From NCBI GenBank assembly GCA_001804315.1, contig MHFT01000054.1, positions 28,428 to 84,888 on the forward strand: a stretch of 56,461 nucleotides of DNA, written 5' to 3'. Under the pieces are notes generated by a model that saw nothing but the letters and a program-made list of their open reading frames with translations, made no database searches and was not told where the DNA came from. Below are positions 17,219 through 28,483 of this stretch, piece by piece (position 1 is the first letter of the stretch; the number at the start of each line of letters is the position of its first letter). This stretch comes from Omnitrophica bacterium RIFCSPLOWO2_12_FULL_50_11. Lineage in GTDB: Bacteria > Omnitrophota > Omnitrophia > Omnitrophales > Danuiimicrobiaceae. The translations under genes were made by a program, and so were the position numbers.

Positions 17219-18312
17219 CGATCTTAGATCGTTACCTCACGAAACAACTGCTCTTTCCCATTTTCTTCTGCTTGTGTGTGCTCATTTTCCTTGTCCTGAT
17301 CGCCGATGTCTTTGACAATTTGGACGAAATGCTAAAGCACGAAACGCCAATTGGCTTAATCCTCAAATATTATCTCATGCTTCTTCCACAAACGTTTGTG
17401 AATACCATTTCATGGGCGAGTCTGCTCGGTGTTGTCTATGTGCTCACCGCCTTTAACTACCATAACGAGTTGACCGCTATGAAGGTCTCAGGTCTAGAAA
17501 TTTTTTCGATCATTCGACCCATCATTTTTCTTGGCTTTATCCTCGGGATTGTCACTTTTATTGTGAGTGACAGGATGGTTCCAAAAACATCGCAAATCGC
17601 AAACCGAATTTTAACAGAGCACATTCAGAAAACCAGCACGCGCAAGCAGGGGCAAAAAATATTCGAAAACGTGACGCATTACGGTGGTGCGAATAGGCTT
17701 TACTACGTGCGGCGATTCGATTACGAAAAAGGAACGATCGAAGATTTTGTCATCCTGTGGCTTGATCAGGATAAGAATGTCAGAAAGAAGACCGTCGCAA
17801 AAGCAGCGTATTGGCAGGGCACGGTTTGGGAGCTTCATCACGCCACGGATTACACCATGGAGCAAAGCGGACAAATCTTAGGGGAACCGATGTACAGACA
17901 GAAAGTCGTCCACAGCGAAATTCGTGAGACGCCTGAGGAATTTCGCAGAGCCGCAGAAGAAGGTTTGTCCATCAGTTACAGAGACCTCAAGCAACACATT
18001 CAAAAATTGAGGGAAAACGGAGTGAAGCTCTCGACCGAGTCGGTAGCCCTTCATTACAAACTGGCCGCACCGTGGCACAGTTTGATCGTCATGTTCATGA
18101 CCGTCCCTTTCCTTGCCAAAACCTCAACCCGTCGGCAGATCGCACTCAACGTATTGATTTGCCTTTCCTTCGTCTTCCTCTTCCATGTCTCAGGCGCAGT
18201 CACTCTCGCACTTGGTAAAGCCGGCAAATTGCTCCCTTTAGTGAGCGCATGGACGCACAACTTCTTTTTTGGCCTCGGTACCGTTCTCTTCCTCGACCGG
18301 GCAAACAGCTAG
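17215..18312 (+). CDS. LPS export ABC permease, LptF/LptG (YjgP/YjgQ) family
   Basis: ILDRYLTKQLLFPIFF at the N-terminus, six predicted TM segments, and a central periplasmic beta-rich domain. It overlaps the comF-like stop (ATGA). Confidence 0.85.
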   Translation: MTILDRYLTKQLLFPIFFCLCVLIFLVLIADVFDNLDEMLKHETPIGLILKYYLMLLPQTFVNTISWASLLGVVYVLTAFNYHNELTAMKVSGLEIFSIIRPIIFLGFILGIVTFIVSDRMVPKTSQIANRILTEHIQKTSTRKQGQKIFENVTHYGGANRLYYVRRFDYEKGTIEDFVILWLDQDKNVRKKTVAKAAYWQGTVWELHHATDYTMEQSGQILGEPMYRQKVVHSEIRETPEEFRRAAEEGLSISYRDLKQHIQKLRENGVKLSTESVALHYKLAAPWHSLIVMFMTVPFLAKTSTRRQIALNVLICLSFVFLFHVSGAVTLALGKAGKLLPLVSAWTHNFFFGLGTVLFLDRANS

Positions 18313-18368
18313 CAAATTTTTGATAGGGGCGCCCCTTGTGAGCGTCCGGAGAAGGTCACGGGCGGGCA

Positions 18369-18427
18369 GCCGCCACAAATAAGTCGGGCAGGCAAGGCCC
18401 GCTCCTACGGCAACGTCTTGTGGCGGC
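18369..18427. repeat. GC-rich palindromic unit, family F3 (GCCGCCACAA...TTGTGGCGGC)
   Basis: The 10-bp arms are 18369-18378 and 18418-18427, with an inner CGGGC/GCCCG hairpin. It lies in the convergent gap between the lptF/G gene and ahcY. Confidence 0.8.
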
Positions 18428-18468
18428 ACGTCTTCCGGCTGGCAGAATAACGGTTTTCTTAAGTGCTC

Positions 18469-20926
<2,458 letters not shown>

Positions 20927-21048
20927 GGTATTCGATCCTTTCTTTTTTCTAGCGTGCAATCGCTTCGATTTTTTCCCCCTTGCCATTTCTACTTTCTTCC
21001 GAATTTGTTATCACCCATAGGTCAGGCAGAACCTGAACTACCGTTGTG

Positions 21049-21792
21049 TTATCTTTTTCTGGCAAAATAAGCATCCGCTTCCTGATACGAATCCAGGTCG
21101 CCGATGTCGAACCATTTTCCCTGAAAAGAAAAGACAAACAAATCCGTCTGTTTGGAAAGCCATTCCATGTAGAAGCCGGGCGCATCCAAGCGGAGACCCG
21201 TTTCCACATATCGGTCGATGAGCCGCGCGCACCATTTCGACAAATAGTAAATTCCCATTGACGCAAGCGTCGTAGGCGGATCCTTAGGCTTTTCCAGAAA
21301 ACGCGTGACACGACTTTCCGAATCGGTTTCGACGAGGCCATATTGGGACGCCAAGACACGGTCGTGGACGTCGTAAACGCCCACGGCCGCTTGAGCTTTT
21401 TTCGCCTCTGTAAATGAGACAAACGACGTGAGGTCCGAATCAAATAAATTGTCACTTGCAAGCACCAGGATGTCGTCTCGTACCTGCTCCTCGTCGAGCG
21501 CAAGCTTCAGGTCACGTGTCGCGCCCAGCCGATGTTCGTTGTCCATCGTCCCGTCATTCACGACAGAAATCTTTTTTGTGCTCTGCACCCGGCCGCGCCA
21601 GTCACAAAAGGCGCTGTAAAACCGACCGTTCGAAACCAAAATGATTTGGTCGATCTTAGCAATCGGCTCCAGTTTCCTCACCAAATGATTGAGCAGCGGT
21701 TCTCCGGCAATCGAAAGAAGCGCTTTGGGCCGGTCCTTCGTCAGCGGATAAAGTCGAGTTCCGTAACCTGCGCAAAGAAAGACGGCTTTCAT
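21049..21792 (-). CDS. Sugar-phosphate nucleotidyltransferase (NTP_transferase family)
   Basis: MKAVFLCAGYGTRLYPLTKDRPKALL carries the GxGTR signature. 247 aa. Substrate not assignable. Confidence 0.82.
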   Translation of the reverse strand: MKAVFLCAGYGTRLYPLTKDRPKALLSIAGEPLLNHLVRKLEPIAKIDQIILVSNGRFYSAFCDWRGRVQSTKKISVVNDGTMDNEHRLGATRDLKLALDEEQVRDDILVLASDNLFDSDLTSFVSFTEAKKAQAAVGVYDVHDRVLASQYGLVETDSESRVTRFLEKPKDPPTTLASMGIYYLSKWCARLIDRYVETGLRLDAPGFYMEWLSKQTDLFVFSFQGKWFDIGDLDSYQEADAYFARKR

Positions 21793-21820
21793 CCCCCACC
21801 ATTTGGTTTCATGCGAATGA

Positions 21821-21845
21821 ATGCTGGGGGATCATCCCCCAGCAT
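21821..21845. repeat. Perfect 25-nt palindrome centred on the stop codon of the SIS isomerase gene
   Basis: ATGCTGGGGGAT-C-ATCCCCCAGCAT. The TGA stop (21834-21832) sits at the hairpin apex. Confidence 0.8.
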
Positions 21846-22917
21846 CTCTTGCAAGCTCCGACTTTAGGTAATTTACCACCTCCACCGGAGTAGGATCAAC
21901 TCCGTTCAAAACCGCAAGATAAAAACTCACCCAGTCGCCCAAATGAATAAGGGAAAACATTCGGGCAAGCAGACTCTCACCCTGTGAATACACTTCAATA
22001 ACCTCTGCCGCAAGCGGCCGAATCAGGTCTCGCGTCAAATCCATCCGCTTTTGGATCCGATCGTGATCGGCTTGATCACGAAGCATGATGACAACGATAT
22101 CCTTGAGAATCGCCTTCGGAAACTTCCAGCCCACCAATTCGTTGTGATTCATTTCGGGAAGCACATGATGCGATGCGAGCGATTTTGCGTTCTCCTCAAT
22201 CTGACCGCGCCACCGCAGCGCAACGACGTCGAACGCATCGGTGCCAGCATAAACCACCGCGTATTTTTTAAAGCAACTCATTGCCAGTTGTTTCGCTAAA
22301 TTGTTCGGCCGTGGTACCTCGACGCCATATTGATCTTCGGCGAGCGAACGAATTAAGTGTTCTACTTCCAAAAACGCTTCCGCACGGTACGCACTCCAAA
22401 AACCCAATTTAGAAAGAACCACTAAAAGGGGAAGAACCGAATAACCCAAAGCAGCGCGCGGCGGAAACTTTTTCGGAATTTCAATCAACAGAAACCCATG
22501 GCGGTCCGCCAGTCGCGCGAGTTGACCATTCGAAGAAATCGCAAGCAACCTAGCCCTGCGCTTGAGTCCTTCTTCAAGCGACGCAATCGCTTCTTCCGTA
22601 TTGCCGGAATAGCTGCTCACAATCAGAAGCGTTTTGCCGTCCACGAAAGCGGGCAACCGGTAGTGGCGATTGACAAAGATCGGGATCGACAGATCGTAAT
22701 TTAAATACGATCGGATGACATCAGCTCCTATCGCCGAACCGCCCATGCCGGAAAAAACGAGTTTCGTGATTCCTTCACCCAAGGAAGGATCGAGGGATAG
22801 GGAACGACCGATTTGGTGAGCGTCATGGATCTGATCCGAAAACCTGCGGATCAAATCCAACATGTTTTCGCGATCCACCTTCTGAATGGCGTCGATTTTG
22901 TCGAGTGGATCCATCAC
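21832..22917 (-). CDS. Bifunctional phosphoglucose/phosphomannose isomerase-like SIS protein
   Basis: Has SIS motifs GMGGSAIGADV and SYSGNTEE. The size of about 360 aa and the architecture fit the PGI/PMI family. Confidence 0.78.
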   Translation of the reverse strand: MMDPLDKIDAIQKVDRENMLDLIRRFSDQIHDAHQIGRSLSLDPSLGEGITKLVFSGMGGSAIGADVIRSYLNYDLSIPIFVNRHYRLPAFVDGKTLLIVSSYSGNTEEAIASLEEGLKRRARLLAISSNGQLARLADRHGFLLIEIPKKFPPRAALGYSVLPLLVVLSKLGFWSAYRAEAFLEVEHLIRSLAEDQYGVEVPRPNNLAKQLAMSCFKKYAVVYAGTDAFDVVALRWRGQIEENAKSLASHHVLPEMNHNELVGWKFPKAILKDIVVIMLRDQADHDRIQKRMDLTRDLIRPLAAEVIEVYSQGESLLARMFSLIHLGDWVSFYLAVLNGVDPTPVEVVNYLKSELARDAGG

Positions 22918-22918
22918 A

Positions 22919-24667
22919 TCAGGTTGTCAAAAGATCGGGTGTGAGCGATCTCAATTTTGTCTCCGAAAACTTTCGGATTTCCTCGCCCGTCATAAAGTGA
23001 AGAGCACGTTTCGCCATATCTTTTGCCTGTTTCATGGTCACCAAGCGTATGACCTTCTTCACTTTGGGGAGCGCAAAAGGACCCATGCTCAGCTGGTCGA
23101 TCCCGAGACCCACCAATAGGAGCGCCATGGCTGGATCTCCTCCCATTTCGCCACACACGCTCACCCAGATTTTCGCCTTTTTCGCGTTCGTTACAATGAG
23201 TTTGATCAACCTCAGAATCGCGGGATGGGTCGGTTCGTACAAATAGGCAATCTTGGCGTTTACCCGATCGACCGCTAAGGAATACTGGATCAGGTCATTC
23301 GTTCCAACAGAAAAGAAATCTACTTCACGCGCCAAGACATCGGTAATCAGTGCAGCGGACGGGATCTCGATCATGGCGCCGATGTCAAGGCTGTCATCAA
23401 ATGGCAAGTGTTCCCTTTTGAGCTCCATTTTTGCTTCCTCCAGCAACCCATTCGCTTGTTTCAATTCACTGACATTTGAAATCATGGGATACATGAGCTT
23501 CAGTTTTCCATGCACACTGGCTCGTAAAATGGCGCGGAGCTGCGTTTTAAAGATATCCGTTCGTGCCAAGCAGAATCGAATCGCCCTCCACCCCATAAAC
23601 GGATTCATCTCCTTAGGGAGTTCCAACGAAGACAAAAATTTATCTCCACCCAAATCCAGGGTTCGGATAACCACTGGATTCGGTGTGAGCCGTTCGGCCA
23701 CTTCGCGGTAGGCACCAAATTGTTCTTCTTCCGTTGGAAGATCTGAGCGGTTTAAATAAAAGTATTCCGTCCGGTAAAGACCAATCCCCTCGGCGCCATG
23801 GGAGAGGACAGAGGGAATTTCTGCTGGGAACTCAATGTTGGCGAGCAACTGAACGCGATGCCCGTCGAGCGTTTCGGCGGGAAGCGTCCTCAATTTGTCA
23901 AGCTCCGATATGAACTCGACATAACGTTTCTCTTCCTGTGTGCAGCGCTCAATCGTAGCCTGGTCAGGATGGACAATGGCAAGTCCTCGATTTCCGTCAA
24001 TCACGACGATCGCACCGGTGACCACCGCGGTGCTGACATGGTCCAAACCCACCACTGCCGGAATTTCCATCGAACGCGCCATGATTGCTGTGTGGGACGT
24101 CGGACCCCCAATGTCCGTGGCAAACGCAATCACGTGTTCGCGATCCATCATGGCCGTTTCGGACGGCGACAGATCGTGAGAAATCACGATCACGTGCTCC
24201 TTCAAATGGTCCAGTGCGTCCTGCTCTCTTCCAAGCAGGCTATGAAGAATTCGCCGACCCACGTCCTTAATGTCTGAAACGCGCTCCCTTAAATATTCAT
24301 CATCCACGTGGGCAAAAGCTTTAAAATAACGCTGGAGCACTACCGAAAACGCATACTCAGCAACAGCGCTCTCTTTTTTGATTTGAGAAATCACGTCTTC
24401 GATCAACGTTCGGTCCTCCAAGATGAGTAAGTGGGCGCTGAAAATATCAGAATGCTCATGGCCCAAATCGTCCGCAATTTTTTTTCGGACCGCTAACAAA
24501 GCTGCCCGCGTGTACGTTAACGCTTCTTCAAAACGGACGATTTCCTTGGCTACTTCGCTCTCCGCGATGTGTTGCTCCGGAACAGAAAAAAAATCTTCAC
24601 TGTGGAGGACAAGTGCTTTTCCGATTGCGACACCTGGAGAAACGGCAATGCCCTGGAGGGTTTGCAT
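22919..24667 (-). CDS. ptsI: Phosphoenolpyruvate-protein phosphotransferase (PTS enzyme I)
   Basis: MQTLQGIAVSPGVAIGKALVL, active-site GGPTSHTAIMARS, and a PEP-utilising C-terminal domain (GTNDLIQY). Start set to ATG 24667. There is no N-terminal GAF domain. Confidence 0.95.
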   Translation of the reverse strand: MQTLQGIAVSPGVAIGKALVLHSEDFFSVPEQHIAESEVAKEIVRFEEALTYTRAALLAVRKKIADDLGHEHSDIFSAHLLILEDRTLIEDVISQIKKESAVAEYAFSVVLQRYFKAFAHVDDEYLRERVSDIKDVGRRILHSLLGREQDALDHLKEHVIVISHDLSPSETAMMDREHVIAFATDIGGPTSHTAIMARSMEIPAVVGLDHVSTAVVTGAIVVIDGNRGLAIVHPDQATIERCTQEEKRYVEFISELDKLRTLPAETLDGHRVQLLANIEFPAEIPSVLSHGAEGIGLYRTEYFYLNRSDLPTEEEQFGAYREVAERLTPNPVVIRTLDLGGDKFLSSLELPKEMNPFMGWRAIRFCLARTDIFKTQLRAILRASVHGKLKLMYPMISNVSELKQANGLLEEAKMELKREHLPFDDSLDIGAMIEIPSAALITDVLAREVDFFSVGTNDLIQYSLAVDRVNAKIAYLYEPTHPAILRLIKLIVTNAKKAKIWVSVCGEMGGDPAMALLLVGLGIDQLSMGPFALPKVKKVIRLVTMKQAKDMAKRALHFMTGEEIRKFSETKLRSLTPDLLTT

Positions 24668-24677
24668 TGGAAGTGGA

Positions 24678-24962
24678 CTATTTTTGCTCTCCAAAATTAT
24701 CGGCAATTAACGCTTCAATTTCTTCGATTGCTTTCTTTGCATCGACGCCTCTGGCGGTCACCGTCACACGACTCCCGGGGCCCGCCGCGAGCGTCATAAC
24801 GCCCATGATGGACTTACCGTTGATCGTCTCTTTCCCCTTCTGAACCGTGATCTCACATTGAAATCGATTGGCGGTACGCACAAAAAGTGCTGCCGGCCGT
24901 GCATGAAGTCCGAGTTTGTTCCGAATCAAAAATTTTCTTCGTGCGACATGGTCCGAGCTCAT
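24678..24962 (-). CDS. ptsH: Phosphocarrier protein HPr/NPr
   Basis: GLHARPA (His-15 region) and GKSIMGVM (Ser-46 region). 94 aa. Confidence 0.9.
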   Translation of the reverse strand: MSSDHVARRKFLIRNKLGLHARPAALFVRTANRFQCEITVQKGKETINGKSIMGVMTLAAGPGSRVTVTARGVDAKKAIEEIEALIADNFGEQK

Positions 24963-24978
24963 GGGCGAGTGGTTGCGC

Positions 24979-26226
24979 CTAACGTTTTAAAACTTCCAGA
25001 TACTGATCCATGATCACCTTGGCGAGTTTGGCAGGATCATGTCTCACTTGGACATCAATTTTCAAATTTTCACCCGTGATGATCTCATAACCCTTATCGC
25101 GAAGCTTTGGAAGGTCTGGTTTGACAGGACACGCGCTTTGTCCCGCGTAACGAGACAAAACATCGTTTGGGATCGTTTCGGTACTCACGACGCACGCATC
25201 GAGAATCGCTGGATCCGTGTGGCGGATCATCGCTTCTAGGTGATCCTGCGCCGTATAATTATCGGTTTCCCCGGGCTGAGTCATGGCGTTGATGACAAAA
25301 ATCTTGTACGCTTCGGATTCCATCACGTGTTCATAGATATCCGGAATCAAAAGGTTGGGAAGAATGCTCGTGTACAAACTTCCCGGACCCATCACGATCA
25401 GCTCAGCGAGATCAATAGCTTCCAAAACCTCTTCCGTTGCATTACAGTGCACCGGTTTTAACGACAGCCTTCTCAAAGATTTGTGCGCTTCTGTAATCCG
25501 TGTCTCACCTTCAACGGTCGTGCCGTCCGTAAACTCACCCACGAGCGTTACCTTGTCCAGCGTCGAAGGGAGGACCCGTCCCCGGCTGGCGAGTACTTTG
25601 CTTGACTCCCGGATCGCCTTTTCAAAATCGCCCGTGACTTTCGAAAGCGCCGTAATAAATAAATTGCCAAAACTGTGACCTTTCAGCCCAGCCCCGTCCG
25701 AGAACCGATACTGAAACAAATCACGCATGAGCGGTTCGGCATCTGCAAGTGCGACGAGGCAGTTTCGAATGTCCCCTGGAGGCAGCATGTCTAACTCGTC
25801 GCGAAGCCTCCCGGAACTCCCGCCGGTATCGGTCACGGTCACAATCGCGGTCACATTGTTCGTGTAGGCTTTGATCCCCTGAAGCAGCTGACTAAGACCC
25901 GTTCCACCGCCAATCGCAACGACGCGGGGTCCCCGAGAAAGGAAATCCCGTTTTCGGCTTTGATACACGATGTCGGCCAAATCCTCCGGCGGCCGCGGCA
26001 TGAGCGCGCGAACAAACAACCGCACAATATTATTCAGCGAGACGTAAACCAAAAAAATTCCAAAGACTAGGAATGCGGTGGCAAGACTCGCCAACAGAAC
26101 GCTCTCGCGGGAGATCGTTTTCACCGCAGAACCTGCAACAACAACGAGCACGCCAATTCCAAAGGTGGCCAACACGACCCAACGTTTGATGCCTAATCCG
26201 GGATATAACCACCTAAGAAATTTCAT
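24979..26226 (-). CDS. YvcK/CofD-like (UPF0052) protein with an N-terminal membrane anchor
   Basis: VVAIGGGTGLSQLL, VTDTGGSSGRLR and PPGDIRNCLVALA are YvcK motifs. The first ~70 aa contain two hydrophobic helices. Confidence 0.87.
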   Translation of the reverse strand: MKFLRWLYPGLGIKRWVVLATFGIGVLVVVAGSAVKTISRESVLLASLATAFLVFGIFLVYVSLNNIVRLFVRALMPRPPEDLADIVYQSRKRDFLSRGPRVVAIGGGTGLSQLLQGIKAYTNNVTAIVTVTDTGGSSGRLRDELDMLPPGDIRNCLVALADAEPLMRDLFQYRFSDGAGLKGHSFGNLFITALSKVTGDFEKAIRESSKVLASRGRVLPSTLDKVTLVGEFTDGTTVEGETRITEAHKSLRRLSLKPVHCNATEEVLEAIDLAELIVMGPGSLYTSILPNLLIPDIYEHVMESEAYKIFVINAMTQPGETDNYTAQDHLEAMIRHTDPAILDACVVSTETIPNDVLSRYAGQSACPVKPDLPKLRDKGYEIITGENLKIDVQVRHDPAKLAKVIMDQYLEVLKR

Positions 26227-26301
26227 GGTCTGAAAAATTCTCCTTACTCATTGAGCAGGGCTTTACGCTAAACTCGCCCGAACTTATCCACCTCACGAGT
26301 C

Positions 26302-26321
26302 GCGCACGTTAAAACGTGCGC
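26302..26321. other. 9-bp GC-rich hairpin between ptsN and the yvcK-like gene
   Basis: GCGCACGTT-AA-AACGTGCGC. No U-tract follows. Confidence 0.5.
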
Positions 26322-26340
26322 TGTGATTGATGTTCTAGGT

Positions 26341-26808
26341 TTAGAAATGTTTTCGCTCTTCTTCTTTTTTAATCAGGTCGTATACTTCTTCTGCTGATCC
26401 GCATTTACGTATCAGTTCACAAAAGTAGCTGTCACGAAGAAGGCGGGAAACTTGGGCAAGCGCTTTCAAATGGGGGCCCGCCGTTGCTTTCGGTGCGACC
26501 AAGAGGAAGAAAATGTAAACGACTTCTCCGTCAAGCGCATCAAAGTTCACACCCTTTTTACTAATGCCCAAGACCGCCACCATCCGACTCACCCGGTCTG
26601 TCTTGCCATGAGGTATGGCAATTCCTTGACCGATCCCAGTTGATCCCAGATTTTCACGTTCGATCAACGCTTTCCCAATTGCTTTGGGGTCGCCGATGTC
26701 TTCCACGTTCGCTAAGACACCGACCAGTTCCTTTAACGCTTCTTCTTTTGTGGCGGCCTCCATCCCAACCTTAATCGCTCGTCGGTCCAAAATCTCAGAG
26801 ATCTTCAT
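26341..26808 (-). CDS. ptsN: PTS IIA(Ntr)-like nitrogen regulatory protein
   Basis: A 155-aa EIIA fructose/mannitol-type fold with the phosphorylation-site motif GIAIPHGKT. Confidence 0.87.
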   Translation of the reverse strand: MKISEILDRRAIKVGMEAATKEEALKELVGVLANVEDIGDPKAIGKALIERENLGSTGIGQGIAIPHGKTDRVSRMVAVLGISKKGVNFDALDGEVVYIFFLLVAPKATAGPHLKALAQVSRLLRDSYFCELIRKCGSAEEVYDLIKKEEERKHF

Positions 26809-26858
26809 TCACACATTCTCCTCCGTCAAAGTTGATTTTTATGGATTCCGTTGCCATA

Positions 26859-27584
26859 TTACGCTAACGCGAAACGCTCTCCTAAATAAAGTTCTCTCGC
26901 CTTCTTATCCATCGCCAGAAACCGCGACGTACCTGAAACCTCGATCTTCCCCTCGCAAATAATATAAGCGCGGTCGGTAATCGAAAGCGTTTCACGAACG
27001 CTGTGATCCGTTAATAAAATACTCAGCCCCTGCGCTTTCAATTTCTCAAGAATCTTTTGAACTTCGAAGACGGCGATCGGATCGACGCCGCTAAAGGGTT
27101 CGTCCAGTAAAATCAGAGATGGATTGGTTGCCAGAGCGCGCGTAATCTCAAGCCGCCTCCGCTCCCCGCCCGAAAGCGTGTAGGATCGATTTTTAGCTAA
27201 ATAGGCGATGTCGAGCTCTTCGAGAAGTCGTTCCAAGCGCCTTTTCCGCTCGACCTGCGGAATATCCAAGGTTTCTAAAATGGCCATGATATTTTCCTCA
27301 ACCGTCAGTTTCCGGAAAATGGAGGGTTCTTGAGAAAGATAGCCGATCCCAAGTTTTGCTCTTCGATGCATGGGGTAATGGGTAATGTCTTCGCCCCGAA
27401 AGAAAAGCCGGCCTTCCTGCGGCCGAATCACACCAACAATCATGTAAAAGGTGGTTGTTTTACCCGCACCGTTCGGACCGAGTAATCCCACGATTTCGCC
27501 ACGGCTCATTTGAACCGTGACGTGATCCGCCACGCACCGGCCTTTGTAACTTTTGGTCAACCCCTCCGTTTCAAGCAGGTTCAT
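26859..27584 (-). CDS. lptB: LPS export ABC transporter ATP-binding protein
   Basis: Walker A GPNGAGKTT, signature LSGGERRRLEI, Walker B ILLDEPF. 241 aa, sitting next to the lptC/lptA-like gene. Confidence 0.93.
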   Translation of the reverse strand: MNLLETEGLTKSYKGRCVADHVTVQMSRGEIVGLLGPNGAGKTTTFYMIVGVIRPQEGRLFFRGEDITHYPMHRRAKLGIGYLSQEPSIFRKLTVEENIMAILETLDIPQVERKRRLERLLEELDIAYLAKNRSYTLSGGERRRLEITRALATNPSLILLDEPFSGVDPIAVFEVQKILEKLKAQGLSILLTDHSVRETLSITDRAYIICEGKIEVSGTSRFLAMDKKARELYLGERFALA

Positions 27585-28483
27585 CAGAACCCACCACCAA
27601 ATAGTTCGCTTTCACGGGCGGTGATTTCACTGCGATATTCTGCATCCACATCGCCGCCTAAAATCATGCGGCCTTCGTCGGCCAGGTAGATGGCGGTATC
27701 GCTATAGCTCTTATTTCCCTCTTTATCTAAAATGACCACATTGCCGCGCGCAAGCATCTTCGAAACCCGCCGCGTGCCTTTATCGTAAAACACGTCCATG
27801 TAATCCGATGACAGCGTGCCCCGATCATCCTTCGCTACCACATTGTGTTTGAAATGCGCCACGTTTCGTTTGTAGTCGATTTCGAGTGGGCCATCGCACG
27901 TAATGACCGTCGGAATATCGCTGTCGGAATTCGGATCTTGGATAACCACGGTGACATTTTTCTTGAACTTGACGTGACCAATTGCCGCGTTACTCTTGGC
28001 ACCGAGGCCTTCAATGTGAATGTTCTCACGTTTCACTTTTGCTTTAATTTCGGTTTCCATTCCACTTTTGTCTGGATGAATGACGAGTTCTTCGGTGATC
28101 AGGCGAGCGCCATCCTCGGTCGTTGCTACAACGTTCTGATTGAGATACACATCGCCGCTCGCTTTGTCAAAGGTTCCATGATCAGCGGTGATGGTTACAG
28201 GTGATTCTTCCGCATACGCTTTCGCAATCACATTCATGAGTTTGACCTGCTCCGCCAAGATGTTCGCTGTGTCTCCCTCAATTTCAAGTTCCCTCTCTCC
28301 GGTCTCAGTATACTTAGAAAAAGAGAAGCTGTAGACGCGTTGAACTGAATCTCCCGTTTGCTGACCCTGACCTTGAAGCGAAGCATCGACACTCCTTTTG
28401 ACATGGCCCCATATTTTCCATTGAATCAAGGCCAAATAAGCCAAGATTAAAATCGCTGTGCCGCACAAGAGTTTTCGGATCAT
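27584..28483 (-). CDS. Membrane-anchored OstA-fold protein occupying the lptC plus lptA position (possible LptC-LptA fusion)
   Basis: N-terminal anchor MIRKLLCGTAILILAYLALI, then two successive beta-jellyroll-like halves (ITADHGTFDKASGDVYLNQNVV.. and ITCDGPLEIDYKRNVAHFKHNVV..ARGNVVI). ATG 28483 forms an ATGA overlap with the upstream stop. Confidence 0.68.
   Translation of the reverse strand: MIRKLLCGTAILILAYLALIQWKIWGHVKRSVDASLQGQGQQTGDSVQRVYSFSFSKYTETGERELEIEGDTANILAEQVKLMNVIAKAYAEESPVTITADHGTFDKASGDVYLNQNVVATTEDGARLITEELVIHPDKSGMETEIKAKVKRENIHIEGLGAKSNAAIGHVKFKKNVTVVIQDPNSDSDIPTVITCDGPLEIDYKRNVAHFKHNVVAKDDRGTLSSDYMDVFYDKGTRRVSKMLARGNVVILDKEGNKSYSDTAIYLADEGRMILGGDVDAEYRSEITARESELFGGGF

Noticed and set aside
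20949-21503. 184-aa minus-strand ORF overlapping the nucleotidyltransferase gene in another frame
   Set aside because: It is an alternative frame of a gene with a clear GxGTR nucleotidyltransferase signature, and it has no motifs of its own.
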